Part shown: positions 13,601-24,367 of the stretch, piece by piece
Numbering within the stretch: the stretch's first letter is position 1
How the letters are laid out: each line of letters opens with the position of its first letter
Source: Paraspadella gotoi
Lineage: Eukaryota; Animalia; Chaetognatha
DNA length: 64,000 bases
Direction of reading: 5' to 3'
Assembly: GCA_051294375.1 (NCBI GenBank)
Contig: CM119266.1
Coordinates: 11,753,786 to 11,817,785 of the forward strand
The notes under the pieces: model-generated
What the model saw: only the letters and a program-made list of their open reading frames with translations
The model's database searches: none
Told to the model about the DNA's origin: nothing
Made by a program: the position numbers and the translations under genes

Positions 13601-16600
13601 TGGTGGTGAGTGGGCTTAAAATATGGCCCAAGCTCTTCCTCCGATATCTTGGGAGGGAGGAAAGAAATTAAGACCATTGAGATTTAGGTAAACATTCATG
13701 CTAAAAGAATCCCAAGCTTTACCTCAAGACCAAAGATGACGCAAACCAAGGGCATGTGCTTGACCAAAGGAGCGGAGTGCTTCGCAAAAGCAGTGAGCTT
13801 GCCGTGAATAACCTTTGGCAGCTCACGGTCATTGATGCGTAGAGCCATTCGTAAAACCACTGAATTAATGAGTACTGAATGCTGAAATATGTTTAATTGT
13901 TCATAATACCCAAATCTTATTAAAACTATTTTTCAAAGTCCTTTTCACTGGTGTTTAAAAGTTATTTTATACTGACATCTTATCCCCGCGAAAGCGGTTT
14001 CCACGTGACTGACTTTGCATTGAACCATTGTACGACCGATAAGGTTGTTACTTGCTTTTATTCTAAAAATCACAAGAAAACAAATATCATTGTAAGTTAA
14101 TTGAAATTATCATAAATATAATTCTAAGCCTAATTGTCTAATAACTTTTAAACTCATTTTTGAATCCTTGAAATTGAATTTGAAAAAAAATTATGTAGCA
14201 GAGTAATTTGTGGTTCATTTCAAATATGATTGAACTCTTCAATCTCATTTACATATTGTAGCAGTTTAGATGATTTCTCATATCTTTTGATAGGGTATCT
14301 ATAAAAATCTTATTTTAGTATTTTTGCAATGCTTTTAATAGGGTCTAATAATAATTTAATTTTCCAATTATTATTTAGATATTTCCTTGTAATTTTGTAG
14401 CTTTACAATAAGAAGTGTTTTACTTATTTTGAGAGACTGTCTGATGTTTGAAAGAATATTGGGCGAAATGCTCTTCGATGCCCCCTTGCCGTCTGACGGA
14501 GCAGCGAATCTCTCTCGCTCTCTCTCTTTCTGGCTAGATGACTCAGAGTCAGGATCGGGATCGACAAAAACGATGATAATTTTAACGATGTATTATTAAT
14601 TGTTTAGGGTTTCTGTTAGGGATAAGGTTAGTTTAGGGGATAGAGATTAGGGTTAGGGATGAGGGTTAGGGATTAAGGTTAGGTATTAGGGATGTTTTTC
14701 CCTATGCTACTTTTATAACAAAAAAATTCTGGCTTGCTGGGTGACTCGTCGGTCAGGATTGAGATCGACAGAAACGACGACGATAATTTGAACGATGTAG
14801 GAAGCAGTTGCGATGGTGAGAGCGACGACGAAAGGAGTGACGCATGAAGCTACGATGGAAGCAGCAAAAGAGACAAGTTTCGTTCGTGTGTTTGAGTCCG
14901 CTGCTTCAGGAGCCGCAGCAAGGGGGCATCGATGGAAATTTAGGATTTTGTTCAGACTTTGTTCAGACACAATTTTTTTTCTTCATTATTTATCACATTT
15001 GACGCCAAGATAATTCCTTCTTCCTCGTTCGCTAAAATGGAAAACAACGACATAAAGAAAAACGGGCCGACCAACATTACGAAAACTCTGAAAAAAAATC
15101 CTTGCTTACAATGCTTCAAAAGATTCGGCACCCCGAAAGACCTGCGACGGCATCAGGTCATCCACACTGGCCAGAGGCCTTACCCGATACAAGCATTACA
15201 AAGCCGATTTTACACAAAACGGCAATATGCTACGCCATGTGAAGGCCAAGCACCCAAAGGAGTATTCAGAGATTCGAAAAAACAAATCTGCAATCAGCAA
15301 TAAAGAAAACCTCACAAAAAAGACTTACCGTCAGCTTCAGCCCACGTCCTGTCAAGTTTGCCATATATTTATGGACGATCCACAAAAACCCAAGGAACAT
15401 GCATGCGGCATGCGGCATGCATTGCATGCCCTACAACCGTCTATTACCAATTAAAATAGATTCAGCAACACTAATTTATTTATAAGGAAGCCATTTTTCC
15501 TTGTGACGAATGCCACTTGAACTTTAACAGTCAATGTTACATAATACAGCACGACTGCGCCAAGCGACAATCACAGATGGCTCAAGAGAAGTTGATTTAT
15601 CAGCCTCCCGCTCCAAAGTCAATGAAACTTTGCCCAAAGATGATGGCCGGATCGACTTTCACTTCACCTGCGACAGCGTTTGCGCAGACTGAATCGTCCA
15701 GCACTTACACTCTAAACAAGACCTCCGAAGACGCAAACCTCTTATCTATCTATCTATATATCTATCTATCTAATCTATCTTAATCAAGAACACGAGATGA
15801 AACCGCCGGCGGATCTTAACGATTTCGGCAAAACCGTGATGGAGGACCCGAGTATTTTGTGTGGCGAACCAGCGAGCTTTGAAAATCCAGTTCCTTCGCA
15901 GAACTTCTACGCTCCAATGTCGACGTCTGTTGCCGCTTCCTTCCAGCAACACCAGGTTCCGTCTTCAAATCAGTTTACTTTCAATCATCATACTATCACG
16001 GTGTCAATGCACTTCGCCGGACAAGATTTCGCCACGGCACCTTGTCACTCGTCGTGGCAAACCGTGGCGACGCCCTCCCCCGTCTTTAGCGACCTATCAA
16101 GCATGACCCCTTCGCCAGGTTCAGAGGCGCTGAAATCTTCGGACGCCATTTATCAGTCGGTTGACTTTGCCATCGCCAGCTTCCCTACGTTGAACCAGGA
16201 CCCGTGGATCGTTATCAAACTCGGGGAAAATGTACAAACGCAAAATTGAAATTACGAGAATTCTGTTGTTTTTCTTCCTCTAAATATCGTTATAATTCGT
16301 TATATTTATATTTGATTAAATTCTATACAGTTTTTATTGTACATATATATTTTTTTGTTTAAAAAAAATATATATATTTAGGGTGGTGTATCTCGTGTAA
16401 AATTTTGATAATAAGTTATTCAATAAAGCAATTAATAATAATATGACCCTCATTGTTTCACTCTTCCAGTTAAGCTTATTAGTCATTAATTCATAACCAT
16501 TATTAAGTATAAAAGCAGAGAATTACAGAGTCATCGGCATTCATTCATTCCTAGGACTCACTTGAGTGCATCACACAACGCCGTCTTTCCCATCCCACCT

Positions 16601-19600
16601 TCCCCCTCGATCAGAATGGCGTGCGGCGTTTCTCTGTTATAAAGAAATTTCCACCAAAGTTATTTATGGGCGCAAAACAAACTGGCTGCAGTGGAACAGG
16701 ATCCTCAGGGCTTGCTTTGAATCAAAAGCAGGATAGTGGGATGATAAAAATGTCTGATTTAGCCTACTGTATAACCGAATGACTAAAGTGGAGTCAAGCG
16801 ATACAATTCAAATTTTTTCGCCTCACCGGTACAGTCTGTTTTGCTCCCAGTAGACCCTGTGTCTCATTCGAGCCTCACGAGCGACTCGGTGCTTCTTCTC
16901 ATCCTCCAACGACATAATGAGTTGTTCGATGACAAAGTCGAAGGTTAACAGGATGTCGTCGCGGGCGTACAGCTTCAACGACTCAGTCTCAACTTCCTCA
17001 ACCTCCATATCCGCAAAGGGGTTTCGCGCACCCCTAAAAAAAAAATATATACAATGGAGGTTAAGCGTTGTCATTGTTTTAATCTTTTTTTTATTCTTTT
17101 GAATATTTTGAAACCCTCCTAGTAGGTGATTTTTCGTCATCTTCCTTATTAACAAAAACGACATCGTTAATGGCAACAACAACAATAGAAACTGATAGTC
17201 TCTGATAGTCTATTCCTAGTATGCAAAGGGGACAAAAGTTGAAAAACTTCATGTAAATATGGCTAGAAAATTATTTGCTCGCCTGTAATGATAAACGGCT
17301 CCAACGTTATCCAATCCCTTCAAAACTTTTTTCTCTGCCAATTTAAAGTCTCCCACTGGGAGCTAGAAGAGAGAAAAAAAGAAACGTAATACCTAATTCT
17401 GATATTTGAATTATATTTATACACGGATTTCCAATGGGAGTGAAATGAAAAGAGTTGTTATAACTCTTAACTGACTGAATGTGATTAATATTTGTTCTTT
17501 TTATTAGTTAGAAAATTTATTAATGTTTATATTTTTATATAGCAAATTGATAATACTTTGCATCATAATAACTGGTGCACTTGCCTTCCAGCAGTTTTTT
17601 TTATTACATTTATCCCTTCTTATCTGATAGTTCTATTTTAAACTCATTTAAAAAAAATTAAGCCAAATATTTAAAATTTTGTATATTTATTAGTTAGTTT
17701 TGGGAACATGAAAATTTTTTTTTATCATGAAGTAACAGTAATTATTGTTATGAGTTAGTGACAGAACCGTTCAATATAAGCAGTCCCTGAGCTTTGGCTC
17801 AGGCTGTAACACTATGTTACAAGCGGGTTAAGTGTCCCGTCCCTCTTAACTGCTTGGTGACCACCGGGCTAAAACCCCGGACCTTTGGGTTGGGAGGCGA
17901 ATGACTTGCATCCGGTACCAATGGCTACTGATAAACGGTTGGTAGATTTTAGTCTACTATAATTAATATATTTCAAGAATTATTGAAGGAACAGGCGCTT
18001 GCCAGATCATTGTTCTTTTTTAATTTTTTTTTATTATCAAATTTTTATTTTTTATAAGTTTTAACGAGAAAAACTATAAATTAAAAATAGCTATTATTGT
18101 AGTTATGAAAAAGCTTTTGATATTCTGATTGCTCAGGCACATACTCCAAAATCTGTAAGATAAACCAAAATATTTAAATATCTTATTTTTTTTTATAAAA
18201 ATATATCTTATAATAGGAAGGTCCTTTTCAAATTCAAAAAATTTCATTTTTTGAAATTCGACCATGACATTGATGAGCACATAACTAAAAAAGTATACAA
18301 GCTGGACTACTGGGAATTAAAAATTTAAAAGTTTTAGCGATTTTTTTTTACCAAAGTGCAAAATCTTAAGTTGCTTTAACAAATTATTTAGCCACAGTAT
18401 TTGATATTTTCATTTCACTCCCATTTGAAATCCGTGTAAATAACATAAGTTCATAACTCACCTGAGAATTTCGGTAGATGTCAGTATCACAAGTAACTTC
18501 GCCGGGGTAATTCTGCATGAAGCGGCAGGCCATGTTTACGCAGCGTCCAAGGACAGAATACTCGTGGCGCTCTTGATGGCCGATTACGCCGCAGAATGCT
18601 TGACCAGAGGCGACGCCAATGGCGCTATCCTCTATCAATGGCTCATCACGAATATCCTGTGAGCGGTAAGGGAAGCTTTGAATTTGGGCTGAGTAACAGT
18701 CGAACAAAGACAAAGAATCTTAGTTTTAGGAAACTTCTCAATCATCAAATAATCAAATCATCTAATAATAAAACTCCACTTTGATTTCATATAGAAATCC
18801 CTGTCTACTTACTTAAATGATATCATCAAAGATATTAAAATGACATTAACTTTCAATTTTTTAGAATTGTAAGTCATTATTTAAACTTACTCACCATTAT
18901 CGCCTCGTAGGAACAAGTGAGGATGTTCCTGGCTTCATGCTCCTGCTTCATCCCTGGAAATCCGAGAATTATCAAAAACTCGAGGCCTTTGTCGAAAGTA
19001 ATGATCTTGTGGATGTTGGCCTTAAAAGAGTCGAAGGCGTTGAAGAGGATGACAAAGGTCAGTTGAAGGATGTGGAGGAGATTCTCGGGAGATTCCGCGG
19101 CGAAGCTGCTCTCCACATGAACAAAGGCTGTAAATAGGGGCATGAAGAGTCGGAGACTGCAGTGTAGAAAGATCCCCTATGAACTCTTACTTGCGCGCGA
19201 ATTTTTTATTATGAATTTGGTACAACCAACCTAAAAGTTTTCCATTCATTGAATAAATTAGCTACCCTGCCTCTGACATTGAACAGGCTATGTATCTGTT
19301 CTCTTTCCCACGCTATTTAGTGATGAGAAACTTACCAGCGGATATGACCCTCATTTCGGATAAAAAATCGAGAGATTGATTGTTGTCCAACTTTTTCAGG
19401 ACGGGCGGTGGAACAAATGCCCTTTTAGAGATGGTCATTATGGGGTGGATTGTAATTAGAATATTGAGAATAACTTTGAATTATATGTGATTTTATTACT
19501 TTTTCTCTCATCTGAATATTACCTGAATGATCTTAAGAGGCGGGAGTCTTGGGATTCGTCTTGAAAGTTCCTTACTTTCATAGTCATCGGGTGATTTAGG

Positions 19601-20671
19601 GAATAGACGATTTTTCGTCCGTAAGCTCGGCCTTCTTCTGTGAGACCTTTTATCCGGACATAGCCACCCTTGAAGCAAATAGAGTCAATTACTCTCGACA
19701 CCTTCGCAAGGCTTCATCAAATAAAATCAAATTTTACGTCCAGGTAGTCACAAAGGTAAAAGTTTTGGGAGACGTTGGACCAAGTGGCAGGAGTCAACAC
19801 AGTCCAACTTTGCGAACAGAGTGCCTCGGCTGAATTGGCCTCCTCAATCGCTTGGCCAAAGCAACAAAAATATTTGCATCGCGAGTTTCCTGCATCAGTG
19901 GATATGTGGAAACGTAGAGATGATAAATACGCGTAAATAAGCTACATCGTTGATGTAGCTTATTTACTATGTACCACCATTAAAGGCTAATTTCTCACAC
20001 TAATTTCTGTGCGTAACACGTAAATATCCCAAATATCCCAAGTGTACTGACCCAGATATCCAATGTAATATTGTCCCCAAGCGATGCCCGTCTTGAATCG
20101 CAGCATTGTGCGCACAGACGTTTCGTGATTCCCGTGCACCATCTGCAGATTGAGGATGGCGATTATGACGGGATCGAGGTTTTCCTTGTTTATCGCCATA
20201 TCGCTCGTATCTGTGGAACGAGATAAAACTCATATTAATAAAAAAAACTATGACGGCAAAAGGAAATGACAAAGAAAACATAAGGCATTCTAAAAGAAAA
20301 TATATTTGAGAGCGCCCTCACCCGGGAATTCCCAAACGGCAAGAACGGCATCACCCGCGAAGTTGAGGATGTCGCCGGAGAGAGCCATGATCGTCTGGCA
20401 AATGACCGTCAAGTAGGACCCGATGTCTTTGTGGAGTGTCTCCGCGGCCACTGTAGGTTTTAAATGTGAAAAAAAAATTCATTATTATAGTTATTAATAT
20501 GTTCTTGTAGGAGTTTTTTACCTTTTGGATCGACTTTTCCAGACAGGGTTTGACTCAAAGCAGTGAAACCGGAAATGTCACAAAAGACAACGATGCCGTT
20601 AAATTCTTTGTAAGCTTCCGGTTTCAATTGATACTGTCGAGAACGATGAAAAAAATGAAAAGAAAGTGAGA

Positions 20672-20741
<70 letters not shown>

Positions 20742-21125
20742 GTGACTGAGTGAATGAGCGATAGACAAAACAAAAAGAAAGATTCCGCCTTCGACCTTGT
20801 ACAGCAGGTTGGGCACAAGCGGACCGATCTGCCCTGCATCTAAAGCTTTGATCTTCGTGTTGGTGACGACGTCTTCGTCAAAGACGAGAAACTCTGTCCC
20901 GGGCAGCCCCTCGCCGAACGAGCCCGCTGAGGACCTTCGATGCGTCGATTGGGACTCGAGGAAACTCGAGCGATCCAAGTTCCGCTGTTCGAAAGGGTGT
21001 GAGGTGTGAGACTTGAAACTTTTTCGAGGGGCTCTCACTCTACTCTGTCCTAATCCACCACCTTTCCACGGAAATGTCTCACGAACCTCTCACATCCATC
21101 CCTCACACTCACTAAGGCGGAACAT
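1043..21125 (-). CDS. ADCY10: Soluble adenylyl cyclase (sAC/ADCY10-like), about 35 exons: C1 and C2 cyclase domains, STAND-type P-loop NTPase, helical C-terminal region
   Basis: Phase-consistent exon chain. C1 motifs VFCDISGFTAL (20522-20633), GDILNFAGDAVLAVW (20322-20450), KTGIAWG (20052-20210). C2 motifs IHKIITFDKG..IILGFPG (~18895-19127) and GVASGQAFCGVIG..RHEYSVLG..VNMACR (~18462-18656). Walker A GEGGMGKT (~16562-16634), Walker B IFIIDDAQYLD (~13057-13278). Last exon ends in TGA at 1043-1045. The 5' end is uncertain: ATG mini-exon 21113-21125, or upstream exons. Confidence 0.9.
2702..2935 (-). mobile_element. tRNA-containing short interspersed element, copy 1 of 3
   Basis: ~235 bp, homologous to 6095-6329 and 17728-17961. 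Minus strand contains tRNA-like GCGGCCA..TGGTGCCGGAGG..CCGGGGTTCTAGCCCGG..TGGTCGT. Confidence 0.8.
3893..4417 (+). mobile_element. DINE-1/Helentron-like non-autonomous element (HINE), copy A
   Basis: Starts in a T-run, then CTCGGATCTGCTTATCAGTAGATTC, GTCC/GTCT microsatellite and 18-bp AAATTATGCCAGTTGACC repeats (4321-4385). Reverse-complement homologue of 4954-5785 and 28864-29491. Confidence 0.7.
4954..5785 (-). mobile_element. DINE-1/Helentron-like non-autonomous element (HINE), copy B
   Basis: Subterminal inverted repeats GTCGGATCTGC / GCAGATCCGAC, 5' palindrome, (GACG/GATG)n microsatellite 5566-5650, 3' GTTTG-CT-CAAAC hairpin, T-run flanks. Confidence 0.8.
6095..6329 (-). mobile_element. 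tRNA-containing short interspersed element, copy 2 of 3
   Basis: Aligns end to end with 2702-2935 and 17728-17961. Confidence 0.8.
7531..9250 (-). mobile_element. Non-autonomous LTR retrotransposon (Gypsy-like, 1.7 kb)
   Basis: Direct repeats 7531-7789 and 9015-9250. On the minus strand they begin TGTGGAGG and end GCTATA. PBS TGGTGAGCCCAAC (9002-9014, tRNA-Trp-like), purine tract GGCGGGGGATG next to the 3' LTR, TSD ATAT (7527-7530 / 9251-9254). No RT or integrase motifs seen. Confidence 0.88.
10126..10934. mobile_element. Tc1/mariner-like MITE, copy 1
   Basis: TA|CACGGATTTCAAATC..GTGAAATGAAAAGAT ... ATCTTTTCATTTCAC..GATTTGAAAATCCGTG|TA, i.e. ~33-bp TIRs and a TA TSD. Its left ~135 bp is the reverse complement of 18300-18436. 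Confidence 0.8.
10580..10643 (+). pseudogene. 5'-degenerate tRNA-Lys(CTT) copy with encoded CCA
   Basis: GGACTCTTAATCCCGGGGTCGTGGGTTCAAGCCCCACATTGGGCG+CCA matches the 3' two thirds of eukaryotic tRNA-Lys(CTT). The 5' acceptor strand is missing. Confidence 0.85.
14604..14692 (+). repeat. Degenerate interstitial TTAGGG telomere-like tract
   Basis: Multiple TTAGGG units with variants (ATAAGG, TGAGGG, TTAAGG, TTAGGT). Confidence 0.65.
15037..16249 (+). pseudogene. Nested C2H2 zinc-finger pseudogene in sAC intron 14063-16561
   Basis: Finger 1 CLQC..F.....L.RH...H plus TGQRPY linker is intact. A +1 frameshift at ~15187 precedes finger 2, YKHYKADFTQNGNMLRHVKAKH, where both Cys positions are TAC. 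Further finger remnants (CQVC, CDEC) are interrupted by stops; S/P/T-rich tail ORF 15797-16249. Confidence 0.75.
17422..18436. mobile_element. Tc1/mariner-like MITE, copy 2 (opposite orientation, with nested insertion)
   Basis: TA|CACGGATTTCCAATGGGAGTGAAATGAAAA ... TTTTCATTTCACTCCCATTTGAAATCCGTG|TA. Confidence 0.8.
17728..17961 (-). mobile_element. tRNA-containing short interspersed element, copy 3 of 3 (nested in MITE)
   Basis: Aligns with copies 1 and 2. Confidence 0.8.
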
Positions 21126-21466
21126 GGTAGAAATTTTAAGATTTTACGTAGTATAGTTAATAACGTAGAAGAATTTAAAGTTTATCGTATTACTATAAAT
21201 CATAAAAATTATGTTATGATGATGATGACTTTTAATGGTTTTCCCTTTATACGTTTTATGGGCTATCTGAATCCATTCTTAAAAAATAAAATCTATAAAA
21301 AAAAATTTTTTATTGTCTAAACATTTATAAATATTCAATTGCTTCAACATTATTCTGTGCTTCACTAGTTAAAAAAAGGTGATGCTATATATTGATTTGA
21401 GTATATGATGGACAAATGAATTTTGTATCACAGAACTCCTAATGATAATGATAATGAAACGCTCAC

Positions 21467-23568
21467 CCGTCCCACCGCCATACGTCGTAACTGGCCACGA
21501 GGGGGCATTTTCGCCGCCGCGTCCTCCAACGCTTGATTCTGTTCGTGCAGCAACTTGATGGCTTTGTCGATGGCGTCCTCGTCTTCGATGTTCTCGAAAG
21601 TGACTGCTTCGTCGTTCCTGTTCGCGCCGTGGGCGTCGCCGCTGCTCTTCCCGACCAAACTAATCAGTTCCGAGAGGTTTCTGCGAACTTCGTTCCATCG
21701 GATTCTCAAACGCGAAGAAAACAAAAGTTTTTTTGTTGTTGTCGTTTTTTTAAAAGCTTCAAGGGATTTTAAACGTCCACTAATTCGGAAAGCTCCCAAT
21801 TGCTCCCTCCCAGCTCTTCCTATTCATATTTCTTCTTCCTCTTCCTCTTATCTCCGATGTCTCTTCTCTCATCTTACATCTACCATCGAATATATATCTC
21901 TTATGTCCCTTCTTTCATCTGCCATCTCACATCCGTCAACTCTCACTCTCGATTCTCGTCTCTCATCCCTGACCTCCCTTATCATATCGCTATCTCCCAT
22001 CCAACAACTCCCATTCTCTCTTTCCATCTCTCATCTCTAACCTCCATCTCCCACCTGTTACCTCTCACTATCAATTCCCATCTCTCATCTCTAACCTCCC
22101 CTATCCCATCTCCTGCCTCCCACCTGTCACCTCTCACATTCAGTTTCCATCTCTCATCTCCCATATCCTCCCATATCCTATCTCCATCTCTCACCTCTCA
22201 CTCTCAGTTCCCATCTCTCAACTATAACCTCCCTATAACCCCTATCTCCCGTGTCCCACCTGTGACCTCTCACTTTCGGTTCTCGTCTCTAACCTTCCCT
22301 ATCCCATCTCCCGTCTTCCACTCGTCACTTTTAACTCTCAGTTCCCATTTCTCATCTCTAACCTCCCATCTCCTATTTATAATCTCCCATCTCACTTTCT
22401 CGACTCATTGCGATTAAATTCCCCGATTCCATCGACTCTCTTTTCCAGATCCGCGATCTTCTCCGAAATCCACTTGCGTCGGGACACCAACGCGTCGGCG
22501 GCGTCGGCCGCTGCGGCTACTGCGGCGTCGGCGGCGTTCTCCGAGGTCTCTCCGCCGCAGGAGAATCCTGGTCCCCAGCTCATCGCCTCTCCGGCCGGAC
22601 GACGACGAGAATGGCGCCGAGATCTTCTTGAATTGAAGGGAGAGGGGATGTTGAAAAAGAAAAAAGTTTATGTTTATATTTAAATATTATTGTTTATGTT
22701 TGTATTCAACAGTATCATAATTTGATACGAATAAAAAACCTAATTAATTATGTCCAATTCAGCTTCATTTTAATTTTTTTTTTAAATGCAATAAAATAAG
22801 AATTGCTTTCAGTCCAGCTGTGGTCATCCTGGCTAAAACCCCCTTTCCTTTATTTCCCCACTACCCAACTCCCCTCTTTCTCAAAACCTTTTCTTCCTGC
22901 TCCTTTTCGGCCCCGCATCGGCCGATTTGCTCGTTCCCGGCAGCCTGTGCAGTCGCTGCGTCTCCCGCTCCATCTGCCTCCGCTCCAGCCGCTCCTGCTG
23001 ACGCTGCTGCCGTCTCCTTTCCAAAGTCGCGTTCAATTCCTTCAACTCTGTAGAGAGTTCGTCGGAAGGCGGCGTCGGCAACGGACGAGTCGTTCTTATT
23101 TTTGACGGGTATAGAAAAAGATTGTTTGAGAAGTAAAATAATTTTGTTATTGATCTAGGCAATGGTGAATGGCAATGGTGAAGGCAATAAAAGAAAAAGC
23201 TTGGATACCATTGTATACCGCCTTTAAGTAAGAGTTTACATTGTCTTTTTTCTTTTCTTTTCTTTTTGAATTTGAATCAACTATGTATACATTATGTAAA
23301 TTGAGAGGCAATCATCGTGCAAGAGCACACTCTGGCTTTTTTCGTATTTATCGTCGTTTTCCTAGATGTCGTCGTAAGTAGTCGATGATGTGGTCTTCTT
23401 TGTCTTCGTCGTCGGAGACCAAATGTTGTCTAGGTCGTCGTCGTCGTTATCGTCATCCAATTCGTAGTCTCACTTCCATTCCTGCGGCGCATCAACTTTT
23501 CGGCAGAGTTCGTTCCAATATTCGAACCCGTCTTTGTCTTTCGCCAGAGACGATCCCGCGCTTTCCAT
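21467..23568 (-). CDS. Four phase-consistent exons encoding an uncharacterised coiled-coil protein, either a separate gene or 5' exons of sAC
   Basis: Exons ~23474-23568 (MESAGSS..QEWK), ~22888-23094 (ERRRQQRQQERLERRQ), ~22396-22628, 21467-21706. Junction phases 2,2,2 all keep the frame. Ends in a GTGAGC donor, or reads on to a stop at 21428. Confidence 0.65.
21850..22395. repeat. Degenerate CT-rich ~60-bp minisatellite in an intron
   Basis: Recurrent CTCATCTCTAACCTCC..CTCCCACCTGT.ACCTCTCAC units. Confidence 0.6.
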
Positions 23569-23671
23569 TGTTTCCCTTTGCGTATTAATTATATTTTATT
23601 GAGATTACGTACTTTATAACAAATTAACTGAATATATTTACATGACGTATTCAAATTTCAATTTTACTATT

Positions 23672-23854
23672 AGAGAAAGCAGAGTGTTTTGGAATTTGTA
23701 CAACGATTTTTATTTCTATTTCATCAGCTGATGAAGGCTTGAAATAGCCAGCCGAAACATGTCCGTCTCTTAAAAATAAAAATCGTTGTACAAATTCCAA
23801 AACACTTTGCTTTCTCTAATAATAAATAACTACGAAAAAGAAAGGATTATCGCA
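23672..23854 (+). mobile_element. Penelope-like element terminal fragment with 5' inversion
   Basis: 14-bp TSD TCAATTTTACTATT (23658-23671 / 23855-23868), ~48-bp near-perfect inverted arms (23668-23715 / 23774-23821), hammerhead core in the loop. Confidence 0.75.
23728..23763 (+). ncRNA. Minimal type I hammerhead ribozyme core
   Basis: CTGATGA-A-GGCT(10 nt loop)AGCC-GAAAC-AT-GTC: conserved core, stem II, palindromic ACATGT stem III and GUC cleavage triplet. Confidence 0.8.
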
Positions 23855-24367
23855 TCAATTTTACTATTTAACGTTTTACCTAAATGGTAGATCGCTTGAA
23901 GCTTTAAGTTAATTTGATTTTTAAGTTTTTGATATTAAATTCAAGACATAAATTTTTAAAAGGTGAATATTCGTCGTTTTACAAATTGATACTAAAAACG
24001 AATTTTAAAGCAATTTTATCGAACGCTTAATGCGTGGATTTTCCTCTTCATTTCTGTTTGATAGTGTGTTGTTGTAATTGCTTTATTCGGAACATTTTTT
24101 TTAATGGTTTATAGCATCCATAAGAATCACGTTGTCTTTACTAAAGATCGAAAATTAAAAACTAACCACCTTATTTTCTAAAAAAAAAGTATAATTATTC
24201 ACGAGCGCTAAGCGTCTGATTTCATAAAGTTCCATTGGAGACGGTAGAATTTGAATAAATGAATAAAGAAGCCACTTAAATTCAATTTCCATTTCCCTCG
24301 TTTAAAAGATGACTTATTCCACAAGTTGAATCTTAGACAAAAAAAACATTCAGACGTTCTAAGAAAT

